The notes: generated by a model not told the origin, from the sequence alone. A DNA stretch of 64,000 nt from Burkholderiales bacterium (GCA_036381895.1 DASVBY010000045.1:1981-65980), one strand, 5' to 3'. Counted from the first letter of the stretch, positions 47,419-57,520 are shown. Numbers and translations are program-made.

Positions 47419-48741
47419 ATGTCCCGACGCGCCAGTGCACCAACCGACCTCGAGCCGATAGAGCGCGCGAGCCGCGACGAGCTGCAGGCGCTGCAGCTCT
47501 CCCGCCTCAAATGGACGCTGCGCCACGCCTACGAGAACGTGCCGCACTACCGCGCCGCATTCGACGCACGCGGCGTGCACCCGGACGATCTCAAGGAGCT
47601 GTCGGACCTCGCCAAGTTTCCGTTCACCACCAAGGAGGATCTACGCAAGAACTACCCCTTCGGCATGTTCGCCGTGCGGCGCGATCAGCTGGTGCGCGTG
47701 CACGCCTCGAGCGGCACGACCGGCAAGCCGACGGTGGTCGGCTACACGCGCAACGACATCGACACCTGGGCGAACGTCATGGCGCGCTCGATCCGCGCCG
47801 CGGGCGGCCGGGCCGGCGACATCGTGCACGTCGCCTACGGCTACGGGCTGTTCACCGGCGGTCTGGGCGCGCACTACGGCGCGGAGCGGCTCGGCTGCAC
47901 GGTGGTGCCGATGTCGGGCGGACAGACCGAGAAGCAGGTACAGCTCATCCTCGACTTCAAACCGCACATCATCATGGTGACGCCCTCGTACATGCTCACG
48001 CTCATCGAGGCGTTCACGCGCGCGGGCGTCGATCCGAAGACGCTGTCGCTCGAGGTCGGCATCTTCGGCGCTGAGCCCTGGACCGAATCGATGCGCGCCG
48101 AGATCGAGGCGCGCACCGGCATGCACGCGGTGGACATCTACGGACTCTCGGAGGTGATCGGGCCGGGCGTCGCCAACGAGTGCATCGAGACCAAGGACGG
48201 GCTCACCGTGTGGGAGGATCACTTCTATCCGGAGATCATCGACCCGATCACGGGTGAGGTTCTGCCGGACGGCGAGGAGGGCGAGCTCGTGTTCACTTCG
48301 CTCACCAAGGAGGCGATGCCGATCGTGCGCTATCGCACGCGCGACCTGACGAAGCTGCTGCCGCCGACGGCGCGCTCGATGCGGCGGATGCAGCGCGTCA
48401 CGGGGCGCTCGGACGACATGCTCATCATCCGCGGGGTCAACGTCTTCCCGAGCCAGATCGAGGAGGTGGCGCTGAAACTCCCGCAGCTCTCGCCGCACTA
48501 TCAGCTGGTCGTGACGCGCGAGGGGCACCTCGACCACCTCGAGGTCCGGGTCGAGGTGCGCGCGGATGCGGCGAGCCAAATGGACGAGGAAGGAAGGCAG
48601 GCGCTCGGCAGGGAGCTGCAGCACCTGATCAAGAGCTACATCGGGGTGACGACCGAAGTCCGCGTGCTGCCGCCGGACAGCATCGAGCGGACCGTGATCG
48701 GGAAGGCGCGGCGCGTCGTCGACAAGCGGCAGCTCCGCTGA
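47419..48741 (+). CDS. paaK: phenylacetate-CoA ligase
   Basis: YENVPHYRAAFDARGVHPDDL, FPFTTKEDLRKNYPFGMFAV, SSGTTGKPTVVGYT, and about 440 aa in length. Confidence 0.9.
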   Translation: MSRRASAPTDLEPIERASRDELQALQLSRLKWTLRHAYENVPHYRAAFDARGVHPDDLKELSDLAKFPFTTKEDLRKNYPFGMFAVRRDQLVRVHASSGTTGKPTVVGYTRNDIDTWANVMARSIRAAGGRAGDIVHVAYGYGLFTGGLGAHYGAERLGCTVVPMSGGQTEKQVQLILDFKPHIIMVTPSYMLTLIEAFTRAGVDPKTLSLEVGIFGAEPWTESMRAEIEARTGMHAVDIYGLSEVIGPGVANECIETKDGLTVWEDHFYPEIIDPITGEVLPDGEEGELVFTSLTKEAMPIVRYRTRDLTKLLPPTARSMRRMQRVTGRSDDMLIIRGVNVFPSQIEEVALKLPQLSPHYQLVVTREGHLDHLEVRVEVRADAASQMDEEGRQALGRELQHLIKSYIGVTTEVRVLPPDSIERTVIGKARRVVDKRQLR

Positions 48742-48784
48742 TCGATCCGGCTCAAGCACGAAACATCTCTCACAGGAGGCAGCT

Positions 48785-49945
48785 ATGCGAAGCAAGGCTC
48801 TCGGGCGCCTGATCGGCGCATCCCTCATCGGTTTCGCAACCGCCCTCACGGCCCTCACGGCGTGGGCCGCCGAGCCGATCCGCATCGGCTCGGTGCTCTC
48901 GGTCACCGGTCCGGCAGCGTTCCTCGGCGAGCCGGAGCTCAAGACGCTGCAGCTCTACATCGAGCGCATCAACGCGCAGGGCGGCGTCATCGGGCGCAAG
49001 CTCGAGCTCGTGCACTACGACGACGGTTCGGTCGCCGGCAAGGCGAACGCCTTCACCAAGCGACTGATCGAGTCGGACAAGGTGGATCTTATCGTCGGCG
49101 GCACCACCACCGGCTCGACCATGGCGATGGTGCCGCTGGTGGAGGCGGCGCGGATTCCGTTCATCTCGCTCGCGGGCGCCGTGGTGGTGGTGGAGCCCGT
49201 GAAGAAGTGGGTGTTCAAGACCCCGCACACCGACCGCATGGCCGCGGAGAAGGTGTTCGAGGACATGAAGAAGCGCGGCATCACGAAGGTGGCGCTCCTC
49301 TCCGAGACCAGCGGCTTCGGCCAGTCGGGCCGCAAGGAAACGCTCGCGAGCGCGCCGAAGTACGGCATCGAGATCGTCGCCGACGAGACCTACGGGCCGA
49401 AGGACACCGACGTCACCGCGCAGCTGACGAACATCCGCAACACGCCCGGCGTGCAGGCCCTGTTCGTGTTCGGCTTCGGCCAGGGCCCTGCCATCGTCAC
49501 CAAGAACTACGGGCAGCTCGGCATGAAGCTGCCGATGTACCAGTCGCACGGCGTCGCGTCCGAGGAGTACATCAAGCTCTCCGGGCCGGCCGCCAACGGC
49601 GTACGGCTCCCGGCCGCGGCCGTCGTGGTGGCGGACAAGCTGCCCCAGGAGGATCCGCAGCGCGAAGTGGTGGTCGCGTACAAGAAGGCATACGAGGAGC
49701 GCTACAAGGAGCCGATCTCGACGTTCGGCGGCCACGCCTATGACGGCCTCATGATCGCCGTCGACGCGATCAAGCGCGCCGGTTCGACCGACAAGGAGAA
49801 GGTTCGTGCGGCGATCGAGAGCACGCGCAACTACATGGGCACCGGCGGACTGGTCAACATGTCGCCGAAGGACCACATGGGCCTCGATCTCACGGCGTTC
49901 CGCATGCTCGAGATCCGCAACGGCGACTGGGTCCTGGTCGACTAG
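48785..49945 (+). CDS. ABC transporter substrate-binding protein (LivK-like), paa-linked
   Basis: Sec signal peptide (ALTALTAWAAEP), then IRIGSVLSVTGPAAFLG. AGGAGG SD is present. Confidence 0.85.
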   Translation: MRSKALGRLIGASLIGFATALTALTAWAAEPIRIGSVLSVTGPAAFLGEPELKTLQLYIERINAQGGVIGRKLELVHYDDGSVAGKANAFTKRLIESDKVDLIVGGTTTGSTMAMVPLVEAARIPFISLAGAVVVVEPVKKWVFKTPHTDRMAAEKVFEDMKKRGITKVALLSETSGFGQSGRKETLASAPKYGIEIVADETYGPKDTDVTAQLTNIRNTPGVQALFVFGFGQGPAIVTKNYGQLGMKLPMYQSHGVASEEYIKLSGPAANGVRLPAAAVVVADKLPQEDPQREVVVAYKKAYEERYKEPISTFGGHAYDGLMIAVDAIKRAGSTDKEKVRAAIESTRNYMGTGGLVNMSPKDHMGLDLTAFRMLEIRNGDWVLVD

Positions 49946-49978
49946 GCGCGGTACGGCGGGCGCGGCGAGCGTACGGTC

Positions 49979-50854
49979 ATGCTGGCGGAATTCATCCAGT
50001 TTCTGTTCTCCGGCATCACTATCGGGTCGATCTACGCGCTCGCCGCGCTCGGGTTCGGCATCATCTACAACGCGAGCGGCGTGATCAATTTCGCCCAGGG
50101 CGAGTTCATCATGCTCGGCGGCATGTCGGCCGTGGTGCTCACGGCGGCCGGCCTGCCGCTGCCGCTCGCGATACTGGTCGCGGTTGCGGTCGTCGCCGTC
50201 GTGGGGCTGCTGCTCGAGAAGCTCGCGATCGAGCCGGCCAGGAACGCGGACATCGTCGCACTCATCATCATCACGATCGGCGTGTCGCTGGTGCTGCGCG
50301 GCCTCGTGCAGGTGCTCTTCGGCAAGAACACGCGTGCGCTCCCCGCGTTCAGCGGCGAGCAGGCGCTGCACCTGCTCGGCGCCACCATCCTGCCGCAGAG
50401 CCTGTGGGTCCTCGGCACGACGGTCGTCATCGTCGCGGCGCTCGCCTGGTTCTTCGGCCGCACGCGCTTCGGCAAGGGCATGCTCGCGACGTCGTACAAC
50501 CGGCTGGCGGCGCAGCTCGTCGGCATCAACACGCGCCGCATCCTGCTCGCGGCGTTCGGACTGTCCGCGGTGCTCGGCGCCGTCGGCGGCATCCTCATCA
50601 CGCCCATCACCTATACCTCCTACGATGCCGGCATCATGCTCGGGCTGAAGGGCTTCGTCGCGGCGACCGTGGGCGGGCTCGGGAGCGGCGTCGGGGCGAT
50701 CGTCGGCGGACTATTGCTCGGGATCACCGAGGCGATGACCGCCGGCTACGTTTCCTCCGCCTATAAGGATGCGGTCGCCTTCGTGCTGATCCTGCTCGTG
50801 CTGTTCTTCATGCCGCGCGGCCTGTTCGGCGCCAAAGTATCCGAGCGCGTATGA
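49979..50854 (+). CDS. branched-chain-type ABC permease (LivH-like)
   Basis: GSIYALAALGFGIIYNASGVINFAQGEF is the LivH family N-terminus. Confidence 0.85.
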   Translation: MLAEFIQFLFSGITIGSIYALAALGFGIIYNASGVINFAQGEFIMLGGMSAVVLTAAGLPLPLAILVAVAVVAVVGLLLEKLAIEPARNADIVALIIITIGVSLVLRGLVQVLFGKNTRALPAFSGEQALHLLGATILPQSLWVLGTTVVIVAALAWFFGRTRFGKGMLATSYNRLAAQLVGINTRRILLAAFGLSAVLGAVGGILITPITYTSYDAGIMLGLKGFVAATVGGLGSGVGAIVGGLLLGITEAMTAGYVSSAYKDAVAFVLILLVLFFMPRGLFGAKVSERV

Positions 50855-51783
50855 GCGGAGCGGAACGCTACTACGGCCTCGCCGTCCTCGTGCTCGTGCT
50901 CGCGGCGCTGCCGCTCGCGTTACCGAACGCCTACTACTACGACATCGCCATCCGCGTGCTCATCAACGCCGTCGTCGCGATCGGGCTCAATCTGCTCATC
51001 GGCTACGCCGGCCAGATCAGCCTGGGGCATGCGGGCTTCTTCGGCATCGGCGCCTACAGCTCCGCGATCCTGACCTCGCATTTCGGCTGGCGCCCGGGGC
51101 TCGCGCTGGTTGCGGGTGCGGCGGCCACCGCGCTCATCGCATTCGCCGTGGCGCGGCCGATCCTGCGGCTGCGCGGCCATTACCTCGCGATGGCGACGCT
51201 CGGGCTCGGCATCATCATTTCCATCGTGATCCTGAACGAGGCGCGCTACACCGGCGGGCCCGACGGCATGGCGGTGCCGCCGTTCGCGCTGCTCGGCTGG
51301 CAGCTCGTCGGCGAACGCCTGTGGTACTGGACGATGGCGCCGCTCCTGGTGCTGGTCACCTGGGGTGCGCTCAACCTGATCGACGCCCCGGCCGGCCGTG
51401 CGCTGCAGGCGATCCACGGGTCGGAGATCGCGGCGCGGGTGGCCGGCGTGCACACGTCGCGCCTGAAGACGCGCATCTTCGTGCTGTCGGCGGCGATCAC
51501 AAGCATGATGGGCAGCCTCATGGCGCACTATCTCGGCTTCATCACGCCGGACGTCGCGGGCTTCTTCCATTCGATCGAGCTGGTGACCATGGTGGTCCTC
51601 GGCGGCATGGCGTCGGTGTTCGGATCGATCGTCGGCGCCGCTATCCTGACGCTCCTGCCGCAGCTGCTGGCGACGTTCGAGGGCTGGGAGACGGTCGCGT
51701 TCGGCCTGATCCTGGTGCTCACCATGATCTTCATGCCGCGCGGGCTGGTGCCGTCGCTGCGGCTCTGGCTGCTGCGCACATGA
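50851..51783 (+). CDS. branched-chain-type ABC permease (LivM-like)
   Basis: GLNLLIGYAGQISLGHAGFFGIGAY motif. The start overlaps the previous stop. Confidence 0.85.
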   Translation: MSGAERYYGLAVLVLVLAALPLALPNAYYYDIAIRVLINAVVAIGLNLLIGYAGQISLGHAGFFGIGAYSSAILTSHFGWRPGLALVAGAAATALIAFAVARPILRLRGHYLAMATLGLGIIISIVILNEARYTGGPDGMAVPPFALLGWQLVGERLWYWTMAPLLVLVTWGALNLIDAPAGRALQAIHGSEIAARVAGVHTSRLKTRIFVLSAAITSMMGSLMAHYLGFITPDVAGFFHSIELVTMVVLGGMASVFGSIVGAAILTLLPQLLATFEGWETVAFGLILVLTMIFMPRGLVPSLRLWLLRT

Positions 51784-52565
51784 GCTCGCTCACTGTTCGC
51801 CGCCTCCGCAAGCGCTTCGGAGGCGTCAACGCCATCGAGGACGTGTCGTTCGCGGTGGACGCGGCCACGATCTACGCCGTCATCGGGCCTAACGGCGCCG
51901 GCAAGACGACGCTGTTCAACGTGATCACGGGCATCTACGCGGCGGACGGCGGCGAGATTTGCGTCGGCGACGCCGACGTCACCGGCTGCACGCCCGAGGA
52001 GCTGGCGCGCCGGGGCGTGAGCCGCACGTTCCAGAACCTGCAGATGTGCATGAACATGACGGCGATCGAGAACGTGATGCTCGGCGCGCATCTGCACCTG
52101 AATCAGGGCCTGCTCGCGGCGACGCTGCGTCTCGCGGGCCTGCGCAAGCGCGACCGCGCGTGCCGCGAAGAGGCGGCGGCGCTCATGGAATTCGCCGGCG
52201 TCGGCCGCTATGTGAAGAGCCACGCGAGCGAGCTGCCGTACGGGGCGCTCAAGCGCCTCGAGATCGCGCGCGCGCTCGCCGCCAAGCCGCGGCTGCTGCT
52301 GCTGGACGAACCGGCGGCCGGATTGACCGGCCGCGAGACCGCCGAAATCGACGAGCTGATCCAGAAGGTGGCGGCGACGGGCGTCACCGTGCTGCTGGTC
52401 GAACACAACATGAAGCTCGTGATGAACATCGCGCGGCGCATTCTGGTGCTGAACCACGGCCGGGCCCTGGCCGAAGGCGCTGCCAGCGAGATCCGCGCCC
52501 ATCCGGACGTCGTGGCCGCATATCTCGGGGCGCGCGGCTCCGGGCGCTGGGTCGTCAACGCGTAG
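51780..52565 (+). CDS. ABC transporter ATP-binding protein (LivG-like)
   Basis: Walker A motif GPNGAGKTT and the RTFQN motif. The ATG overlaps the previous stop (ATGA). Confidence 0.85.
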   Translation: MSSLTVRRLRKRFGGVNAIEDVSFAVDAATIYAVIGPNGAGKTTLFNVITGIYAADGGEICVGDADVTGCTPEELARRGVSRTFQNLQMCMNMTAIENVMLGAHLHLNQGLLAATLRLAGLRKRDRACREEAAALMEFAGVGRYVKSHASELPYGALKRLEIARALAAKPRLLLLDEPAAGLTGRETAEIDELIQKVAATGVTVLLVEHNMKLVMNIARRILVLNHGRALAEGAASEIRAHPDVVAAYLGARGSGRWVVNA

Positions 52566-52575
52566 CTCCTCGCCG

Positions 52576-53280
52576 ATGCTCGAGATCGCCGGACTGACCA
52601 GCCGCTACGGCCGCATCGAGGTGCTGCACGGCATCGATCTCGCCGTCGAAACCGGCGAGCTCGTGGCGCTGGTCGGCGCCAACGGCGCGGGCAAGACCAC
52701 GCTGCTGCGCGCAATTTCGGGCGTGCAGCCGGTGAGCGGCGGCCGCATCCGCTTCTGCGGCGTCGATATCACGCACGCGGGTCCCGACCGCCGCGTGCGC
52801 GCCGGCATCGCCCAGGTGCCCGAGGGCCGGCAGATGTTCGGCCCGCTGTCAGTCGCCGACAATCTGCTCCTCGGCGGGTACACGCGCCCGGAGCACGAGG
52901 TCGAGCAGGATCGGGAGCGGATGTACGACCTCTTCCCGGTGCTGCGGCAGAAGCGCGACGAACCGGCGGGGACGCTCTCCGGCGGCCAGCAGCAGATGCT
53001 CGCGATTGCGCGCGCCCTGATGGCGCGACCGAAGCTGCTGCTGCTCGACGAGCCGAGCATGGGGCTCGCGCCGCTGATCGTCGAGGAAGTGTTCCGGGTC
53101 GTGCGCAGTCTGAAAGAGCAGGGGATCACGATACTGCTGGTCGAGCAGAACGCCTACGCGGCGCTCGCGATCGCCGACCGCGGCTATGTCCTCGAGCTCG
53201 GCAAAGCCCTGCCGATCCCCGGCCGCGGTCCGGCCATGCTCGACGACGAGCGGCTCAAGCAGGCGTATTTCGGAATGTAG
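52576..53280 (+). CDS. ABC transporter ATP-binding protein (LivF-like)
   Basis: Walker A motif GANGAGKTT, signature LSGGQQQM, Walker B motif LLLLDEPS. Confidence 0.85.
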   Translation: MLEIAGLTSRYGRIEVLHGIDLAVETGELVALVGANGAGKTTLLRAISGVQPVSGGRIRFCGVDITHAGPDRRVRAGIAQVPEGRQMFGPLSVADNLLLGGYTRPEHEVEQDRERMYDLFPVLRQKRDEPAGTLSGGQQQMLAIARALMARPKLLLLDEPSMGLAPLIVEEVFRVVRSLKEQGITILLVEQNAYAALAIADRGYVLELGKALPIPGRGPAMLDDERLKQAYFGM

Positions 53281-53292
53281 CCGCGCGGACCG

Positions 53293-53314
53293 CGGCGGCA
53301 GGCCGCGGCCGCCG
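53293..53314. terminator. 7-bp GC hairpin between convergent paa-ABC and bclA-ABC operons
   Basis: CGGCGGC-aggccgcg-GCCGCCG lies in the 39-bp gap between the convergent stops at 53280 and 53320. Bidirectional terminator function is inferred only. Confidence 0.3.
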
Positions 53315-53319
53315 GCCCG

Positions 53320-54084
53320 TCAGGGCGCGATGCGCGCGACGAAGCGCGCGACGGCATCGATGACCGCCTGCGGCTGATCCCGGTGCGGCGAGTGGCGGCA
53401 GTCGGCGAGCTTCAGCAGCTCGACGTCCGGCGCCGCCCGGCAGAGGCGCTCGAGCTGCTCCATGGTGCCGTACTCGTCGTCCTCGCCCTGGATCGCCAGC
53501 ACCGGACAGCGGATACGGGGCAGATACTCCTCGATGTTCCACTCCCTGAACGCCGGATCGAGCCAGATATCGTTCCACCCCCGAAAGGCCGAATCGACGT
53601 CGGCGTGGTAGCGCGCGAGCTTTTCCCGCAGGTCCGTGGTCGCATAGGCTTCGCGCGCCGCCTCGATGCTGCGGATGGTGATGTCCTCGACCATCACGTG
53701 CGGCGCCATGACGACGACTCCAGCGACGGGGCGCTGCGCTCCGCCCGCATGAATGAGCGCGATCGAGGCGCCGTCGCTGTGCCCGAAGAGGATGGGGCGC
53801 TCGATGCCGAGCTTGTCGAGCAGCTCCGGAAGCGCCTGCAGCGCCTCTTCGTGCATGAAATCGACGCGCCGCGGCGCCGCGAGCGGATCCGACCAGCCGT
53901 AGCCGTAGCGTGAATAGACGAGTGCGGGATACCCGGTCGCCTCCACGACCTTCTGCGGGAAATCGCGCCAGAGCGCGACCGAACCGAGCCCTTCGTGCAG
54001 GAACACGATGACGGGGGCGGTGCGGTTTGGGGCGGGGATGCGGCGGTACTCGATGCGGCGATTCTGAACGGTGACGAATTCCAA
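53320..54084 (-). CDS. alpha/beta hydrolase, last gene of the bclA-ABC operon
   Basis: VIVFLHEGLGS and the nucleophile elbow GHSDGA. Its start lies 2 nt after the upstream livF-like stop. Confidence 0.75.
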   Translation of the reverse strand: MEFVTVQNRRIEYRRIPAPNRTAPVIVFLHEGLGSVALWRDFPQKVVEATGYPALVYSRYGYGWSDPLAAPRRVDFMHEEALQALPELLDKLGIERPILFGHSDGASIALIHAGGAQRPVAGVVVMAPHVMVEDITIRSIEAAREAYATTDLREKLARYHADVDSAFRGWNDIWLDPAFREWNIEEYLPRIRCPVLAIQGEDDEYGTMEQLERLCRAAPDVELLKLADCRHSPHRDQPQAVIDAVARFVARIAP

Positions 54085-54086
54085 CC

Positions 54087-54800
54087 TTACACTCCGAGAT
54101 GCTTGTGCAGCACGTCCGGGCGGGCGCGCAGCTCCGCGCTCGTGCCCTCGAACACGATGCTGCCCTTGACGAGGATTACGTTGCGGTCGGCGATCGCGGT
54201 CACGGCGGCGTGGTTCTTGTCGACGATGACCGTGGCGATACCGCTCGCGCGGATCTCGCGCACGATGCGCCAGATCTCCACGGCGATGAGCGGCGCAAGC
54301 CCTTCCGTCGCTTCGTCGAGGATCAGCAGATCGGGATTGGTCATGAGGGCGCGCCCGATCGTGAGCATCTGCTGCTCGCCGCCGGAGAGCTGCGCGCCGC
54401 CGTGGCGCAGGCGCTCGGCGAGACGCGGGAAGGTCGCGAGCACGCGTTCGAGCGTCCAGTCGCGCCGGCCGTGCACGCCCGGACGGCTCGCCATCACCAG
54501 GTTCTCGCGCACCGTGAGGTTGGGAAAGATGCCGCGGCCCTCGGGTACGTAGGCGATGCCCTGGCGCGCGATCGCGTGCGGCGGCATGTCGCCCGCCGGG
54601 CGGCCGCGCACGCGCAGCTCGCCGTGGCGCGGCGGCGTCAGGCGCATGAGGCTGCGGATGAGCGTCGTCTTGCCCATGCCGTTGCGTCCCATGAGGCCGA
54701 TGGTCTCGCCCGCCCGCACGGTGAAGTCGACGCCGCGCAGTACGTGGCTGGCGCCGTAATAAGTGTGCACGTTGCGTGCTTCGAGCAATATCTCAGACAT
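54087..54800 (-). CDS. ABC transporter ATP-binding protein (LivF-like), box-linked
   Basis: Walker A motif GRNGMGKTT, signature LSGGEQQM, Walker B motif LLILDEAT. Confidence 0.85.
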   Translation of the reverse strand: MSEILLEARNVHTYYGASHVLRGVDFTVRAGETIGLMGRNGMGKTTLIRSLMRLTPPRHGELRVRGRPAGDMPPHAIARQGIAYVPEGRGIFPNLTVRENLVMASRPGVHGRRDWTLERVLATFPRLAERLRHGGAQLSGGEQQMLTIGRALMTNPDLLILDEATEGLAPLIAVEIWRIVREIRASGIATVIVDKNHAAVTAIADRNVILVKGSIVFEGTSAELRARPDVLHKHLGV

Positions 54801-54824
54801 GGCAGCCGATGAACGCTATGGGGC

Positions 54825-55592
54825 TCAGGCGGCGCCGCTCTCGCCGAGGTACACCTGGCGCACGGCCGCGCTCGCGCGGATCTGCTCCGGCAGACCGTGC
54901 TCGAGCACCTGTCCGTTCGCCATTACGGTAATGACGTCTGCGACCGCGAACACCGCGTCCATGTCGTGCTCGACCAGCATCACCGCGTGATCGGCTGCCA
55001 GGCGGCGCAGCAGCTCGACCATGCGCGCCGATTCCTCCGCCCCCATGCCCGCGAGCGGCTCGTCGAGGAGCAGCACCTGCGGCTCGGTTGCGAGCACCAT
55101 GGCGATCTCCAGCTGGCGCTGCTCGCCGTGGCTGAGCGCGGCGGCAACGACGCCGGCACGCGCCGCGAGTCCGGCGAGATCGAGCGCGCGCTCCGCGCGC
55201 GCCCGCACGCTCGCATAGCTCTCCGCCCGCGAGAAGATCCGTAGCGCCCGCGGTTCGCGCGATTGCGCCGCGAGCCGGCAGTTCTCGTACGCGGTGAAGC
55301 CCGGAAAGATGTTCGTCTTCTGGTAGCTGCGGCCGATGCCGAGACGGGCGCGGCGGTCCATCGAAACGTCGGAGACGTCGGTGCCACGGTACACGATGCG
55401 TCCGGAGGAGAGCGGGAGGTCCCCCGAGAGCAGATTGATCAGCGTGGACTTGCCGGCGCCGTTCGGCCCGAGTACGGCGTGCAGCTCCCCCCGACGCAGC
55501 TCGAGCGAAACCCGGTCGACGGCGGCGAGCCCGCCGAAGTGGCGCGTCGCATCGATGGCGGCGAGAAGCGCTTCAGCCACGGCCGGCCTCAT
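54825..55592 (-). CDS. ABC transporter ATP-binding protein (LivG-like), box-linked
   Basis: Walker A motif GPNGAGKST, signature LSHGEQRQ, Walker B motif VLLLDEPL. Overlaps the upstream permease gene by 20 nt. Confidence 0.85.
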   Translation of the reverse strand: MRPAVAEALLAAIDATRHFGGLAAVDRVSLELRRGELHAVLGPNGAGKSTLINLLSGDLPLSSGRIVYRGTDVSDVSMDRRARLGIGRSYQKTNIFPGFTAYENCRLAAQSREPRALRIFSRAESYASVRARAERALDLAGLAARAGVVAAALSHGEQRQLEIAMVLATEPQVLLLDEPLAGMGAEESARMVELLRRLAADHAVMLVEHDMDAVFAVADVITVMANGQVLEHGLPEQIRASAAVRQVYLGESGAA

Positions 55593-56595
55593 CGACTGCG
55601 CGCTCGGGAGCGCCGACGGCAGGCGCCGGCGCCGGCGCCGGGCGGCGCAGCGCCCGCAAGCGCTCGCCGAGGCTCGCGAGCCCGCCCGGGAAGAACAGCA
55701 CCAGCAGCACGATGACGCCGCCCATGAGCAGCTGCCAGTGCTTGGTGAAGCCGGCGAAGAGCTCCTGCAGCAGCACGAAGGCGAACGCGCCCGCGATCGG
55801 CCCGTAGAGCGTTCCCATGCCGCCGAGGATCACCATCAACAGCACGTTGCCCGACTGATGCCAGCTCAGGATCTCCGGATTGACGAAGCCGAACTGCACC
55901 GCCGACAGGTACCCGGCGAGGCCGCCGAGGGCACCGGCGATCGTGAAGCTCGCGAGCTTGTAGCGGAACACCGGGAAACCGAGCGACAGCATGCGGTGCT
56001 CGTTCGCCTTGATGCCCATCAGCGCGCGCCCGAGCGGCGAACCCAGCAGCCGGCGCAGGAACAGATAAACGAGCACGAGCAGCACCAGCACGAAGTAGTA
56101 GAACTGCAAGCCGCTCTCGAGATCGAACAGGACGAGTTCGCCGAGCTTCGCCTCCGGCTTGAAGCTGAGGTAAACCCCGTCGGAGCCGCCGCCGACCTCG
56201 GTGTCGTGGAACACGAAATAGACCATCTGCGCGAACGCGAGCGTCACCATGATGAAGTAGATGCCCCTGGTGCGCAGCACGAAAAAGCCGATCACGAACG
56301 CACTCGCGGCGGCGATGAACACGGACGCGGGCAGCGTCAGCCACAGGCTCGCCGCCTCGTATTCCGGCGCGAGCAGCACCACCGCGTACGCGGCGATGCC
56401 GAAGTAGGCCGCGTGTCCGAAGCTCACCAGGCCGGTGTAACCGACCAGCAGGTCGAGGCTCATGGCGAAGATCGCGAGAATCATGATCTTCGCCACCAGC
56501 TCGACGTAGAACGGCGGGCCGAACAGCGGAAACAGCGCCAGCGCCGCGAGCGCGGCGAGCAGGATCCACGGGAGCAGTCGCGACGTGCGCAGCAT
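55573..56595 (-). CDS. branched-chain-type ABC permease (LivM-like), box-linked
   Basis: LDLLVGYTGLVSFGHAAYFGIAAY motif. Confidence 0.85.
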   Translation of the reverse strand: MLRTSRLLPWILLAALAALALFPLFGPPFYVELVAKIMILAIFAMSLDLLVGYTGLVSFGHAAYFGIAAYAVVLLAPEYEAASLWLTLPASVFIAAASAFVIGFFVLRTRGIYFIMVTLAFAQMVYFVFHDTEVGGGSDGVYLSFKPEAKLGELVLFDLESGLQFYYFVLVLLVLVYLFLRRLLGSPLGRALMGIKANEHRMLSLGFPVFRYKLASFTIAGALGGLAGYLSAVQFGFVNPEILSWHQSGNVLLMVILGGMGTLYGPIAGAFAFVLLQELFAGFTKHWQLLMGGVIVLLVLFFPGGLASLGERLRALRRPAPAPAPAVGAPERAVDEAGRG

Positions 56596-56596
56596 G

Positions 56597-57463
56597 TCAG
56601 GCGCGCTTGAACAGGCCCTCCGGCCGCCACAGCAGGATCGCCGCCATCAGAAGATACACGGCGATGCCGGCGAGCCCGGGGAACAGCACCTTGCCGAAGG
56701 TGTCGGCGAAGCCGATCAAGAGCGCCGCCACGAGCGCACCCCAGACGGAGCCGATGCCGCCGATCACCACCACCACGAACGAGATGATGAGCACCTGATT
56801 TCCCATGCCCGGAAAGACCGAGGATACCGGCGCGGCGAGCATCCCGGCGAAGGCGGCGAGCGCCACGCCGAGCGCGAACACCAGGCGGTAGATGAGGTCG
56901 ATATTGATCCCGAGCACCTGGGCCATTTCGCGGTTGGTATTTCCGGCGCGGATCATCATGCCGACGCGCGTGCGCCGGATCAGTACGTACATGCTGGCGG
57001 CGAGCAGCAGGCACACGCCCGACATGAACAGCCGGTAGACCGGATAGCTCAACGTCTCGGTGAGCGGGATGGAGAAGTTCAGCAGCGCGGGCACCGGCAC
57101 GCCGTGGACGTCGTCGCCCACGATGATGCTCCGTATCTCCTCGAAGATCAGGATCAGGCCGTAGGTGAGCAGTACCTGTTCCAGATGGTCACGCCGGTAC
57201 AGGCGGCTGAACAGCAGCCACTCCAGCACGATCCCGAGCACCACGCTCAGCACGATGCCGATCGCGAGCGCCAGGAACAGGTTGCCGGTGAGACTGGAGA
57301 GCGTGAACGCCATGTAGGCGCCGATCATGTAGAAGCTGCCATGGGCGAGGTTGATGATGCCCATGATGCCGAAGATCAGCGTGAGGCCGCTCGCCACCAG
57401 GAACAGCAGCAGGCCGTACTGCACACTGTTCAGTACCTGGATGAGGAGCGAACCGAGATCCAT
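56597..57463 (-). CDS. branched-chain-type ABC permease (LivH-like), box-linked
   Basis: YGLLLFLVASGLTLIFGIMGIINLAHGSF motif. Confidence 0.85.
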   Translation of the reverse strand: MDLGSLLIQVLNSVQYGLLLFLVASGLTLIFGIMGIINLAHGSFYMIGAYMAFTLSSLTGNLFLALAIGIVLSVVLGIVLEWLLFSRLYRRDHLEQVLLTYGLILIFEEIRSIIVGDDVHGVPVPALLNFSIPLTETLSYPVYRLFMSGVCLLLAASMYVLIRRTRVGMMIRAGNTNREMAQVLGINIDLIYRLVFALGVALAAFAGMLAAPVSSVFPGMGNQVLIISFVVVVIGGIGSVWGALVAALLIGFADTFGKVLFPGLAGIAVYLLMAAILLWRPEGLFKRA

Positions 57464-57482
57464 GATCGTTCTCTAAAAACAT

Positions 57483-57520
57483 CCCCTGCGCGCCCTTCGC
57501 GCGTGAAGAGCGAGCAGGGG
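57483..57520 (-). other. intercistronic compound stem-loop between the binding-protein gene and the permease genes
   Basis: CCCCTGC...GCAGGGG is the outer stem, enclosing a CGCGC-ccttc-GCGCG inner hairpin, in the 130-bp gap. Confidence 0.35.
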
